Assembly: GCA_001643675.2 (NCBI GenBank)
Contig: LSRY02000004.1
Span: 620,001 to 684,000, forward strand
Direction of reading: 5' to 3'
Length of the DNA: 64,000 nt
From: Monocercomonoides exilis PA203
Taxonomy: Eukaryota; Protista; Preaxostyla
The notes under the pieces were generated by a model that saw only the letters and a program-made list of their open reading frames with translations, did not search any database and was not told the origin of the DNA. Numbering within the stretch: position 1 is the first letter of the stretch; the number at the start of each line of letters is the position of its first letter. This document shows, one piece after another, positions 30,801 to 40,979 of this stretch. The translations under genes were made by a program, and so were the position numbers.

Positions 30801-30965
30801 CCATCAGAGCGGAAGACGCTTGGAGAAGTGAAGCGAGAGTTGATTGGACATTTTCCAGCTGGAGCTGTGATGGTTACGATGCCAGATGCGATTGATCTGA
30901 GGAGGGAAAATGAAAGTGGAAGTGGAAGCGGAAGTGGAAGAAGCAATGACGGATACAGAAGCTGA
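18810..30965 (+). CDS. Giant (~4,050 aa) type I membrane protein: repeated beta-helix/pectin-lyase-like ectodomain, one TM helix, degenerate TKL-like kinase C-lobe
   Basis: Intronless ORF with a hydrophobic segment MLLVFCAVAANL (ATG 18894 is a possible start). Eight G-x-D/N-x3-CG-x4/5-C modules with GGG and N-x-A-x2-G-x-D motifs. TM segment WVLIVCIVIVVILLIVSIIFIV at ~29650-29720. Kinase remnants LRWMAPE, FSIGMMLWE, IPF, GERP, CWAGQPSER. Confidence 0.88.
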   Translation: MDMNLGIMKKDTYQFVCQTREKRCHISWMLLVFCAVAANLCEDQRVIDFKRVQDRQIESHEIFQSERYIGDNSKDIKENKVEDEVSELSKRVNNHGEDETDLTELRCFCFLSNGSATFERISLLGSWNIANVFEIERNGELVLEGCKVRSSCDCSSLAKTSTANVSIFNISMSGSQSPAHVTSPLCEGSETHFLIEQSSICSLSVAKDSFVLIGKGSNCAHLQGCSFINITQLQKSKIPSPCYSSSSLFSSSTYSSNRSLQKQSSIWKDLKILGNGNTDEGSIIRTESCIFKLNALDHNNALFGKKRLLLATSVNSTFNTRQELSTGNHSFIRCSFCSQSEERGGAIFSSAALTIRVCIFFKCNCTKAIDQHGGAMYISGDEQILMEETNFSDCKANVGGAACLRSRVFFSVLNCRFLSSPSAQGVVQFCDNYKGALYSGCVFAHNSKNYETGVGKIVYNGLNFSFHDCLFEDNHASRMGCIYLSQPSEAASFFNVSFVTCFFSGNEASYTGTHANDIYGIKNWSNLTKQSFVETFSTSIEPHLFIDNGASGHENWIPFPPSPKPMAKLHSSAQRGSDDANCGNETFLCLTLKYTFDSRWRGLGKLPMVVHRGEKAEESIVIGSESVEISGEDKEKTVLYSKVTRDGGGLFEITSGSLELSAMTLVHSRLSSCGLSSLFTITSSGTLSVREAVVKGDRYEESYFEKAACDLKEGRTKMENVVFCDFDVSGASLISVGQACELNLTSVDISGITNMNGDGGAVSGVIDSGKVVIVENASWRGCRSEKGNGGGVNVVVRSGGTLKIGATLGCSIDMCSAGNEGGLKGKGGGVYLRVDDGAAGYVFDGLGFGANNQAWKGNNMFVSGDDLKRIVSKEHFKSCIEANREHDSDAMGSESSDEDFIIPLSIYMIHPFPIPGFVGGRNCKDFNNCGFDGYPCETMNFMSSVQFPSSDCTIILNPNFVLNEVVEMEDCKWNVSCELVGERVEVAKVDSATSEGMIMVKNQTELANIGFYLPANLGAAASFISCSSGTFHMKCCSASLIDVSSEQKVSFSIVRVTGGRMFMESFISETGIEFSSSSMIWVDGECEVVLCECKIVGVKKESGNGGCISAEKKKIRMAIDSCNFSGCGVVGSSSCGGGMMAKMKGENELFINGTTAFDGCAAPSGEGANGRGGGMMIRVEEVPLKFEIGGDVTFGSLEKNDARYGKDAFVWCERGVHLREVTNRSSFEFFDFKTIPTDALQLSGMENGNESCVIPLHVFLCSVGTQLVVDGSCGTDHDYCGFASFPCLTVDYCAGRRAGSNVESVVLESGSSINGEFSFPLFAMSVTSQISPGIMVDVHDNGDVEQEGLVECASNIRFENISFALPLSMKESHCSFLISKKNLKLTECVFAFLGDKEGAFVEFSVIHVCSGDLTMKGVCLEDGIGFHGCSGFTVENGGKITMEDCVLCNVSKMNGNGGCMTLRGKSGENPFVRMRNVTIGGACEAGMSLKGGGLLVVLDAGIELAMEKVGFKNCSVPAEDSESVGRGLGGGMFLELLDGSGVLTLSELTFETCSAWKGRNMFVDAMQLDIVVNNSTMKFEMEGMEREDLMGFEESTTKTEYRIPLEVYFREIGDGGYVGGKEDEGFDHSGCGFGDVPCESVGFLLSHRIKSSQNVTEIHIYPSFAFKECLSFSNKNIILRGLDKSLQTKFVQNITGEGSNVVESFVDIEISDVSFEAPIEFVPIARMNLFFVGQKTMKMLGCSCVWRSDETKSVEYNFARVEGGTLEVVDFEARYVKLGNYGMFVVEGNEARGRFSGMAIDSVSCNGQKGLMVGRLCSMWINDSSVSGSELLQNCALLSIDECAETIVDNTSLSDWKRQIGNGGGIEGKVGKVCSFKMKQCNMTNCGALIGNGKGGGMMISLSGSGRMEFDDNTVKENIVSEQSGQGGGLFINIDSTEVNYWVRRNVFASNVGLIGWDVYVVCPSPRTMITLIVWEGFDEGTGENNFWVGDGEAGSNEGVSLKTYLFPGDEEIVFVDESGKNDANCGMFSVEGFCRDVGYGMGRMNESQWIVQIKTKADLEKEVERREHPLAIRGKNSESVMNVKAEGHLLLSSSLEPNNLMLSSLRIWLPEEKSEFDEFVCVESGKLSITSCAFGEIGEEKRQCWEWIVNGRGGEIGFVSVNVPGMLFKGGCGMVCVGGECYASVENTSVGEVSGEGGGIIVIGQGGEMMINSSNITQSSSQKGGVIQMAKGSKLQVENDCYFVGCLANEGDGGMINSEMNEYSVFTIRSSTLKGCSANTNDGRGGSVFAEMTGNGVLFFGNVSFSENVAWAGRDMFVRSVDLNESMKSTCFEEVLFDEEGRVCVDFAGSDETNFGGAIVDLKLLLVQYESEEIRVSKKGCDVLGCGSETYPCLSFWRGFENVKGSLDSKRVVITDGTFVENEYELTGCEICSEGSSANDSGEKSRLEFKTEIKGERGKTVITGQGALRFAGLVFALPYSFSSGHEILITYSSMSESEALIVRKCLFECSSSRKVDVCLINGIRGKVEMRECAVGTVQFVNTPFVLQCDINISSCIVEGISSECEEGGAMRVILDSVVTRLQMKNITAVRCRCVKEESKGGFLFVDSSKANQETPFVFEEMVFDGNEAWRGKNIFVVERDLNRTVSERVFHFDFESLKDDENAFEGRDVFNEATDLFRFLVSFSSGHIYVGEKGFDVKRCGSERDPCCSFWKGMQQLEVGAEKKAIFIWEKTKITDGFDLSEMVIASASLVSRKAASPHGITNADGYENQMATLEFERSDSSGSGGYVKNRKALLLEMLNLLVKSSLQNEKKAAIINEDGMLNITDCSFSVKEVPEQEGNINMVRMEKGRMVVCRLSCESTSFCESVLLVNGDGVECDLNEIVFTSVSFRSGSVVETFAMEESVKRSHEGCVVSLCNSTFSSITGNGVEPSGMISEGSEGAELVVNGSRFEGCLGNKSMKGGVCLFELSEGGVMRMVDCLMVRCGCSMEGRGGGVYVATRLTEDLDFCFVNMNFSANSAKAGRDIYVECHRISRQINETQFLMDLRESVYVRLNAICGIDRTEHTSEPIDLMSIIAIFQSDSIVLSSALEKNGKNERNCGSLANPCLSIEYGLSHVTRDVEARMLVDEESKLMSEVDLHDLTLTALNAPGKKGVVAVMENAFAPGIEAVVRSEGVVSVLYLVFAVQTSQPPQHSTLFAVESGFFLMSQCGFSGLESDEQLSDFPFICLSFGGGSAQLFDIKFDSLHVISSCLIECQSGCESVLMEKIGMSDVTCERWCIHVDDDGEQVWEQEGERMLEFSGAEMKNITCSSLDGSVIRLKSKHIPLLIRNSTFGSCTNTKNEKGEVLSISSCSNVIIESSVFDGEKKRDKRNTNRLCSSAGDELCKWNGSLVDCVHSHVELNDTTIKNSEVGGLSVSSGNIWVMMSMFSGNDPSVKGYPSARRNIICTDHAMLNIRSLKGGDGAVKNSSLWIVSENCEMEGIVGECTSSFFIPLLESVEKEDEGTASKLKIKGQLLLPCNLMLRLVFRRGSEEQIEKYDFDTDGFVSENEVHSWVSTEKLGNIEDETEVSVSLQYGDPAAPSFSNSFILKNKSETKVNGDENLSEGGKEGKISWVLIVCIVIVVILLIVSIIFIVRWKKVKNEAEDLREIVNDNIRKDPKAFEMVTMEMSPEEQWKRAEREAEKKNDERMKKRVYDTNMQHSESSEHLLSESGSTEYILGRDSDKIPDWALEMVEEEETRKRTPSPSISSASTTDTSDTDSTFVRSEILCPTTSSMSNLVDAMACSSPHEKLIVDLRDSLFMLLHGRNEKKEMEIGTLQQREYTAAQILFWVANLALHSFDEMDNPLSSLANLSPHIVLFSEHMVICIVMHSDFLSDGSDSSSVSSSTVVTSASDDDDESDSLPSSAFEDEDSFKKECLRWMAPELLINKKMGATKESVAFSIGMMLWECLTLKIPFGEYEAEVAGQKIVNGERPNLEAVECASWSELVKCCWAGQPSERKTLGEVKRELIGHFPAGAVMVTMPDAIDLRRENESGSGSGSGRSNDGYRS

Positions 30966-32888
30966 AAGTTGAAGGTGAAGATGGAACAAGAGAAGTGAAA
31001 GGACGGATGTTGGACATGGGCTGCTGAACCGATGAGTTTCCGATGAACATTTGCTGAGCTTGTTCAGAACAGATGCTATTTTGTGAGCACCCACATGGTG
31101 AGCAAAGCCGAAAGATGCTGCAAAATAGGTGGCAAGCTTCTTCTTCTTCTTCTTCTTCTTCTTTTCTTTTCTTCTTTGAGAAGATATTCTTCCAAACAAT
31201 TCCTTCACTGATCGATTGCAATGAAAAGAATGGTGAAGTTTGAAGAAGAAGAAAAGGGTGCAAACGGACAAGGATGAGGGTGGGATAATGCTATTGCTGC
31301 TTGTGGGGAAAAAAATATTAATTACTGTTGCTCAACAGTGGCTGCTGAGGAGAGATTTTCTTCTCACTCCTTGGCATGCATTCCTTCTGTTTTCCGTTGA
31401 GTGCGCTGCTTTTGAAAGCCTGAAGAGAAAGCGACACAACGAGAGGGGAGTCTGCAAATGCTATGAGAGCAATCACAATCTTTTTGCAATATGTGACATT
31501 TAGACTTTAAAGATTTTTCAAAGCTAAATGTATTTATTCTTTTGGATTTGAAATTTAATATGATGCTTTTTCTTAAATTGTTAATGCACATTTATCAAAA
31601 ATGAAAATAAAAAAGAAAGAAAGAAAGAAATTAGAGTTTAAATGTCTCGTTAAAATATGTGACTATGTCAGTAATTTGCAATAAAGTTTGACAATTTTAT
31701 AATCTCAAGCGAAACTTGAAAAGAAAAAGTCGATAAAAAAACTTTTTTTCGTCTTCTCCTTCTCCTTCTATTTCTTCAACAACTTCTAATGCATTTTGTT
31801 CAGTAATATGTGAAAATATTATCATTCGTTCTCTATGTTTATGAAGAATTTGTTCCTTTCAAGAAATACTTTGAAAGGAATTGATTGCAATTAGAGAAAG
31901 GAGAGAAAAAAGAGAAAGAATATGGAAAATAAGATGACCACGATGAAGATTACAACATCGATGAAAATGTGAGAGGAGAAATGGAAGGATGGATCACACT
32001 CGATGCGCACGCAAAGTTCAGCTGCATGTTGTTGATAGCCAATACTTTGCAATTCAAAACATGTTCGTGCTGTGCTGAAGAAGCAGATGCTGATGATGCA
32101 TGACAAGACATTGACTCCTCCCTCTATCCCTTGCTCTGCCGTGCCATTGGCTTGCGAAACAGGTCCAAACGCTGCCTGTTCCCCAGCAGCACCCAAAGCA
32201 GATTGGCCGTCCCACCTCGTTCGCTCTGCAGCTGCCGCCCCACTTGCTGCACCAGCATCATCACCATCCGGAACAGCGCCCACAGTCGATTGCAACAGCA
32301 TCAACACTTCGATTCAGCCCTGCCTCCGTTGACACCACCGAAAGCACCTGCACCTGATCATCCATCACAGACTGACTGTCTTCACAACTGAGTTGTTCTG
32401 TGACAGGAATAGAGGAGATCTGCAGTTGGCAGCATGACACACATCTGGATGCATCAGGCACAGTGTGAAGAAATCGTTGCTCAGGAACACCTCCAGCACC
32501 GATGCAAACGATGGCAGAAAGCATCTCGACAGATGTGATGCATCTCAGAAGAATTATTGCGATAGCGCCTGTGGTATTTGTGGATAGCACACACACACAC
32601 AGAAGAGATTTCATCTCTGAATTCTTGATGCACCTGATATCGTAGACGAAGACGAAGAATTCAATGCATCACCAGAACATATAGAATCATACAACGTTTT
32701 CATCGAATCCTTTCATCATTTTTTCTTCTGCCCAGTTGATATTCTGCAGAATCCCCAGAAACACAGACGCATCTGCCACTCCTTCCTTTCACTGAATCTT
32801 CTCAAATTCCCCCCAAAATATCTTGATCTTCATTTCCACTGCCCTTTCAAGCACGATGTTGAAGAACAAGAAGAACAGCAGCTTGTCT

Positions 32889-33950
32889 TCATTGAACTCC
32901 TACCCCACAAACCTCACAAGCAGTCGCATCTCTGCAAAGTTCAACAAAAAAAGCTTCTTCCTTTCCGATTATCACCTTTTGAACTGATTTGCTCTTCTTC
33001 TGCTTCTGCTTCTTTTGCGCAATCTCTGAGTTCTGCTTCTCAATCTCCTCCTTGAATGGCAACTTCGACTCGCTTGTTGTTTGTACATGCACTTTCAGCA
33101 GCTTTGTCAGAATCTTCGTTTCCTACTTTATCTGGCTCATCTTCTGCTTCACAGTTGTATCCACTCATCCAACATCACTTTTCCCAGCGTTTTCTGCTCC
33201 ACAGCTGCTTGCATCTCCCACAACACTCACTCCACTCCCCACTTTCATGCCAACCCACTTCCAGCTCGTGTATGACCCAACCATCACCGCGTTGCCATCC
33301 CCGATGCTTGCTGCAAACTTCTCCTGGCACTTTTCACACAGCTCCGACGGCAGGATCAACTACGCTGAAGACGGATTCATCCGTTCACACACGGGCACAA
33401 ACAAAGAATGGAAAGCAAAAAGAAACTTCAACCTTGTAAATCGACCTCTTGGTATCCAAATTCACCATCCCACCCTGCTGCTTCAGGCTCTTCTTCTTCT
33501 CAATTCCCATATCTATTTGTTCCACCTTCTCCTTCATTGCCACCAGCTGCTCCTGCAGCTCCTTCACCTCTGCGTTGTTCTTCTATCTCAGCTCCGAGAT
33601 CTTCCTCTCCCTTATGAAGATGATCTTATCCTTCTCCTGCAACTGCTCTAGCAACCAGCTCATCATCTTCAACATTCTCTCGTCCTCCCAGATCATTTGC
33701 AGTTGTTCATTGAACTTCTGACTCTTCTTCTCCATCTTCTGCTTCTCCTTCTCCTTCCTCTGCCTTTTTTCACTTCTCCAGCACCGCCAGCGCAATCTCC
33801 TCAGGCGACAGAACCACATCCTCCATCCTCAGACCCACCACCTCAAGTTCCTTCTCCACAATCTCCCCCCACTTCACACACTGCAACCCCTCTCCCCATC
33901 ACTTCGTAGTCCAACTTCACCACCAAATATTTCAACTGAGACGATTTTCA
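32889..33950 (-). pseudogene. Fragmented Lys/Glu-rich coiled-coil-like coding remnants
   Basis: A series of short same-strand ORFs with coding-like, purine-rich composition, broken by stops and frameshifts. No recognisable domain. Confidence 0.35.
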
Positions 33951-34319
33951 TATCTGCTGCAACGGCTCAAATTGATCGAATATCGAAAAGAACGCATTCA
34001 CATCCGCCTCCGCTAAGATCCGCTTGCTTCACAACTTTGTGCCCACTTACACTGCAAGCTACGGAAAGGACGTCACCAGCGTAACCGAATGCATTGCCGA
34101 AAGCGCTACATCGCGTGCACACGCAATATCCCCATCCATCACCACCAGCAGCTCAACAACATAACCTCTAAGCGCCAGCGATGACAAAAGAAGCAGTAGC
34201 AGTGATACAAACACAACATCAACACCTCGTTCAGAAAGGAAGAAAAGCTGCGAAAGCTCGTAATTTATGAGAAGTGGGAAAATGATGAAACAGCGTATCT
34301 TCAGAAGATGAGCCGAGAC

Positions 34320-34412
34320 GAGAAGAGGAAGAGGAAGAGGAAGAGGAAGAGGACGAAGAAGAGGACGAAGAAGAGGACGAAGAAGAGGACGAAGAAGAGG
34401 ACGACGAAGAAG
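34320..34412. repeat. Purine-rich simple repeat (GAAGAG)n/(GAAGAAGAGGAC)n
   Basis: Directly visible. Confidence 0.9.
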
Positions 34413-34836
34413 AAACAGACTGAATAGAAAATAAGTTCATGATGTTATGTGTGCTGATTGTTATTTTCTGTTTTGATTTTGCTTGAGATGCGATTGCAAT
34501 GACGGAAGATGACAAAATACTGAATGGGAAAAAATATGTTTATGATAGATTTGTTGGCAAAGAAATTTTGTAACACACGTTATCTTCGACTTTTCAATTG
34601 AAAAAAAACATCGAAAAAATTAAAAGTTTGTTTTGATATTTAAAAAGATAATGAAAATTCAAAGATTCTTTGGTGTCGTTCTTATCCACTATTGCCATTT
34701 ATTTTTTAAGTCATTAATTTGATTTTGGTTTATGTTTGAAATATTAATTGATCAAAACAAATTAAGTATTGGTAAATATTAAATGAATGCAATTATACTT
34801 ATGGGATGGATCGATTTTAGATTTTGAATAAACGAA

Positions 34837-37800
34837 ATGTCATTAATAGGTTTTGCAATCGTGTTTAGTGTTTTGGTAGCTGAAGATGATTGTACATTTA
34901 AGAGTGTGGAGCCTGTAGATAAAGAATGTGTTGCAAAATGCTTGCAGCATTTACCAGTTTGTTAATTTTTTTTAAATTTCTTTCAAAATTCTTGAAATTA
35001 TTGTGAATTCTTTTCATAACTGCAGTATAAAAAAGGAGATGGAGAAACGCTTGAAACAACGAAGACGGTGCGAAGTTACATCAACAGTTATGCTTATCGA
35101 GACACAATGGTTAATCCTCCAGCTCCATATAAACGTTATGATATTCTCGCAGAGTGGAGCAAAATTGAAAATACCGAATATGCCAATGGATTGGAATATC
35201 ACCAAGCAATCGCAACTGCCTTTAACAATCTTGAAGATACACATACAAATTACATTTTCCCATGCTCGAGCTTGTTCGCATATATATTTCCATTCAGATT
35301 CGTTTTTGAAGTTCCTGATGCTTCAAAACCATCAGAAATTGTTGTTAAGGTTGCCGAATCTTCAATTACTGGTCTCACAAAGAAATTTATTGAAAGTGGT
35401 GGGACAAATATCGCTGGAAAGCAAGTCCTTAAACTTGATCTTCCGGATTTGGATGGATCTGGAAATATGAAACCCGAAGAGGCAATTGCTAAATGGACAG
35501 ATAAATATGTGAAGGGAGCACGAACACCAGCTGCAAGATTAGCTTATGCACTGACCTATACAGATTTTGAAATAAGAACTCCTTATTCTATGCAAATCCC
35601 AAATGATGCGGTTAAGATTACAGTTAAGAATACAGATGGTGAGCAAACCGTTAATGTTCCTTTTTATGGAGCAGCAGTTATAGGTATTACAGATGTTAAT
35701 GATATGCTGAACACTAAATGCCCACTTCAGGATAAAGTGCAAAATAATTTAACATCAAACTCTAATAGCTTTAAGCAGCAATCCTTTGAAGAAGATGAGA
35801 AACATTATCAAGCAGTGATGGAGGCTCATAAGGATGATCCATTATTCCAGCAGATTTATGAAGGTATCTGGAAATCTCCTGAATTGAAGAATTTATTTGT
35901 CAGAAAGCCAGGTAGCATATCAATTCCCAAAAAGTTGAAGCATCCTATTGAAGAAGAGATTTCTTCTCGCATTAAGAACATTATTTCTCAACAATTTGCG
36001 TTATCCGATGAGCATCAAAAGAATGGAAATCGAAAACAATCGTTTAAAGCGAGAATCAAAGAGAAATTGAGAAAAAATGAAGAAAAATGGTGAATTTGAA
36101 GATTTTGATTGTGCTGGAGAAGGCGAGCCAAAATTGACCATTTTGAAGAAAGACAAAAATGTTCTTGCTGCAGTGGTTGATGCATATAAGTTGGGGTATT
36201 TATCCATTGGAACATTTGCACCAAGCAGTGATGAAGAAATAGCTTCATTTATGGAGGTTATCATCACAAGCGTTGTAGAAACAAGAGCCAAAGGATACAA
36301 GCTCATAATCGATTTGCGTGGGAACGGAGGTGGATACATCATATTGTCTGATTGGCTTTTCATGCTGTTGTTCCCTGAGGAATATCCAATCTTCCCAACT
36401 CGATTGGTGGTTGCATCCGAACTCAGCAAAATATACATAAGCCAAGTTTCACAGCCACCATTTGAATTTGTAACCGAGCCAGTTTCACAAGATATAATAA
36501 AGGATGTCTGGGCAAAGCCAAAGACAAAATTCACTGCGATAAGAGATGAAGGGAAGGGGCGTTCACAAGAATGGGTGTACAAGCACGTGGAGGATTCTGA
36601 AAGAACAGTCAATAGTTTGTTATCTGCTGTTCCATTAGCGTATCGAAATGCGAGGTTGTATGCTCAAAGTGATATTTTAGTTTTGAGCGATGGGACATGT
36701 GGATCTGCCTGTGCTCAGTTCTTGAAACGAATGAAGGAGAAGAAGCTGGGAAAAGTTGCGGGGCTTGGCAGCGAAAAACTTTCTGAAAGCGGGATTCCAT
36801 TTGATATTGCCTCATTTGCCAGTGGAAATGTGATTGAAACGTCGTACGTCGAGGAAATGCGCCCAAAAGCCGCATCGATGCGAGCAAACAGAATGTTCAA
36901 CAACTTGACTAACGACGAACCACTTCCTTCGTTTCCAGGAAAGGTGCAAAGAGAGACGACAAATATCAGAATTTCTTTAACTACTTCATTTAGCTTTAAT
37001 TGGAGTACACCAGACGAGCTACCAGAGTTCAAAATAATACGTCCAGATGAAATCTATCCAATTTTTGCCGATAAAATAACCGATTTCACGCCTTCTGGTA
37101 TTTTAGATACAATAACAAAAGTAAAGTCGTCATTTGACAAGTGCTATGACTGGGAAGTGAAAGACAACTATGAGTGCCAAATCCCTACTGACAACAAGCA
37201 TGCTGTTTTTGGGAATCCGTGTGTTAACCAAAAATTCGATGGAAGTCAATGCAAGTTGTCTCGCTGTGAGCGTTGCTACTATTTGAACAGAGACAATATA
37301 TGTCAGAAACGCCCATCAATGGGCCGTCCAAAATACCAAGAGGATCCATCTGTCTGCATGTTCGATCCAATGACTCCGATGCGAGCTGATGTTATGATTG
37401 ACTGCTTGAAGCAGCTTCCATACGATAAAACAGAGGCTTCCAACACTTTGAAGACTGTCAGAGATATCTTGGCCATGGACGCATATAGAGATACAATTGC
37501 CAACCCGCCAGCTCCATTTGAAAACGATAAAATTGATATTCTTGGCGAACTGGACAAAATCGAGAAGAACGAATATTCATCTGGGCTTAAATTCCACAAT
37601 GCAGTTGGCACAGCTTTCGCAAAGCTGAAAGATGCTCATACTATTTACAATTATCCATATTCTCAGCCGTTCGTATTTGCGCTGCCTACACTTTAAAGTT
37701 TAAAGTGCCAGACTTTTCAAAGCCAGAAGAAATAACTGTAAAGTTGACAGAGTACATTTCTTTGCTCTCTAATTTTTATGCTAAAGAAATGGGAAGGAGT

Positions 37801-39891
37801 TTTAAAGACAGAGTTGTCACAAAGATCACAATGACAGATTTGAATGAGGTTGCGAATGAAAAGCCTGAAGTTACTATTGCTCGATGGTGCGATGAAAATG
37901 TTCCATTGTCCCGAACGCCAGCTGCACGTTTGAATTATGGATTGGATCAAATGTTTGCTGTGCGTTCACCAACATACAATAAAATTGTGGATGGAAGCGT
38001 GAATGTTACACTGAAAACAGCGGACGGCGGAACAGAAACGATTCCTTTGTATTGGTATGGTCTGTCAACTGCTGAGATTTCTGGGTCAACTTTGTTGTAC
38101 GACAACTATTGCCAATTGGATAAACATTCAGCAAATAATGAAAACGAGCATCAAACAACCAAAGAAGAGAGCTCTCTTTTAAATAATCGAATGCTCCAAT
38201 CATCAAGAAAGGCGGAGGCAATACTTATTGAAGAGTATGAGTCATTTACGAAAATGAACAAAGAGCAGCTGGCGAAACAAAATGAGATAAAGATCAAAGA
38301 AATAAGAGAAAAATATTCGAATGATACAAAGTTTGTGAAAGCATATGAGAAGTTCATGGGAAACAAGTCTCTTCGCGAGATGCTTATGAAGGATCGAATT
38401 TTGCACAAATCATTGGATCAACTGCTTCCCCCAGCGATCCAGACAATAAGGAAAATCATGAATGATGAAAATCAAAAGAAGGCCGAAGAGTCGAAAGCGA
38501 GGCTTTCGCGCATGACGAATGCAGTTAGTGTGAAAGAAATAGGAACGCTTCCAGGAATTATTCATGGTGTTACCATTCCTGAGTGGAAGCTTGGATATTG
38601 ACACATTATGAGCTTTAGTCCTTCTTCCGACGAAGATATGGTAAAGTTCTTGAAGGTCTTTGCTGATGTTGTTAGTGAAGTGAAAAACAACAATTACAAA
38701 ATGGTTATCGATGTGCGAAATAACGGAGGTGGAATTATTTATCTGGGAGCACAGTTGTATCATTTCTTATTCCCAGAAACTTTCCCCATAAACCCACGCT
38801 ACAACTTTGTGAGAGGGAATGCATCAGATTATATTGCTTCAATAATGGCAGATAAAAAGCTTGTGGTGTACACAGACTATGAAACATTGGACGTTGTTAA
38901 CGATGTGCTGGCGCTACCGACTACAACAAAGAAGACAATAGTTGGAGGCAAAGAATGCAGCCAAACATGGAGTGGTTCATATTCACTCAACTCCGACAGA
39001 TATTTGTATGAATTTGTTGGATCTACTATTCCATCATCACTTTATGGCAAGAATCTGTTTGATCCAAATGATTTGATGTTTTACTAACGGTGAATGCGGT
39101 TCAACATGCTTTCAATTCTTGAAGCATGTGAAAGAGGCGCAGATGGCAAAAGTTATCGGAATTGGAGGGCAATTGACACGCAAAGAAATAAATTATGATA
39201 TTGCATCATTTGCAGCTGGAAACGTTATTAGTTCATCGACTATTGAAGCACTTCGAAATAAAACCGGACCAGATGAAAGCTGGCCTGTAAAATTCCCTCA
39301 CCAGAATACGGAGTTGACTTTTGCGATGATGACTGGCTATTCATTTGACTGGAAGAAGGAAGATGAACAGCTTGAGTTCAAGATAGTGAAGCCTGATCAG
39401 GCGTATCCATACTACCCCAACGCTGATGAGGCAAGAGATGAAAAAGGATATCTTTCTCTTTTGGAAAATGTGAAAAATATTTTGATGTGTGCTATGACTG
39501 GCAGGTGAAAGTGAACACCTCCTGTACTGTTCCAAGTGAAGTCGCAAATGCAGTTTATGGAAATCCATGCAAAGAAGGAAAGTTTACAAGTGAATGTGCG
39601 TTTGCTCGCTGTGCGAATGGATATTACAAAAGCAGGGATGATAAATGTGTGAAATATCCAGTGATGCCATCATTGTCAAAAGAGGAAGAAATTATTGTAA
39701 AGATATTGACTGCTGGTGCAATTGCAGGAATTGTCATAGGCGCTGTTGCAGTTGTTGTAGTGGTTGTTGTAATTGTTGTATGTATTGTTAAACGAAAGAA
39801 ATCCAAAAAGACAAGAAATGATGACTACCTTAATGTTAGGCTTACTCAACAAAATTATGCTGCTGATAAAGGAGTGCCGATAAAGCTTTAA
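34837..39891 (+). pseudogene. Tandem two-module peptidase S41-like (CPAF/tail-specific protease-like) type I membrane protein, ~1,660 aa when reconstructed; disrupted by 4 frameshifts and 1 in-frame stop
   Basis: Signal peptide MSLIGFAIVFSVLVA and in-frame intron 34957-35025. Each module has DxHT, LGY, ID(L/V)RxNGGG, (S/T)(D/N)GxCGSxCxQFLK and DIASFAxGNVI motifs plus a Cys-rich CYDW...GNPC tail. C-terminal TM segment AGAIAGIVIGAVAVVVVVVVIVVCIV followed by KRKK. Confidence 0.8.
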
Positions 39892-40979
39892 GTTTTAATT
39901 AATGAAATATGTTTTGGTATCAGTTGAGTTTTAGTATGTTTATACAAAATATATTTTTCTGGATAGTTTTTGAAGATCTTTTTTTCTTTTTCATCTTATT
40001 TTTTATGAGCTGCGAAACGTATTATCATTGTTTTTGAGCGTTATCGTATCAATGGAAAGCGTTTTTTCAATTTTTATTTCACAGGCCAGTCATGCTCATA
40101 TTTATTCGAGCATGTTTGTTAATTACATTTTTTTTTTAATAAGAAATTATGTTGAATATATTTTCTCGTTTCAATTATTTATTTCTTAGTCGCTTAATTG
40201 TTATTTTCCTACACATTTTTCGACTTTTCATTCTTGTTTGATTGACATGTAATTGCTATGTTTTATATTGTGTACTTCATTTTTTATTTCAAATATGTAC
40301 AAAAGATATTACGAAAAAGTTATTTGTATTCGGAAAAATAATTTAAATCGGAAATAATAAATACAATACAAATCAGATGAATGGATTCAAAACGGATGAT
40401 TGGTTTATAATCGTCGGAGTAATTACAAATTTCCACTGTTTATTTGAATTAATTTGCTTAATTTTATAATTATCATCTTATAATTTAGCAATGGTGGAAA
40501 AGATGGTTAAAAAAAAGTGCGTGCCAATTAGCAAAAATGTCCAAATAAAAAGTCGACACTGTGTTTTTTTGTCTGGAAATTTCACTTGTTCAAATCCTTC
40601 AAAAAAAGATTTTTTTTTTTTTTTAAATGTATGACAAGAACTTTCAAAGATAAGTTTGGAATAAAGAAATGAATGTCAAATACTTAATAACCTGCAATTC
40701 ATTTGACATTTTTTCCTTGTAATTTTTGGCAAAAAATGTAATGATAAAATAAAATTTCATGCTTATTCAAAATGTTAACATAAAAAAAGCCATTGAATAT
40801 TAAAATATATCACTAAAAATTGGGTTAATTAACTTAGAAATATTGCAAAGGCAACAACAAAATAAACGAAAAATAAATAATTCTTTAGGGAAAATGAAAA
40901 CTTAATTGCCCTTTCTTTTAAGAAGCAACAAAATTGAGAAACATTTTCTCGTTGATCGAAATGGTTAAGTTTTAACTTT

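Noticed and set aside
19091-30946. Numerous minus-strand ORFs inside the 4,051-aa gene
   Set aside because: Antisense shadows produced by codon bias; no independent domain signatures.
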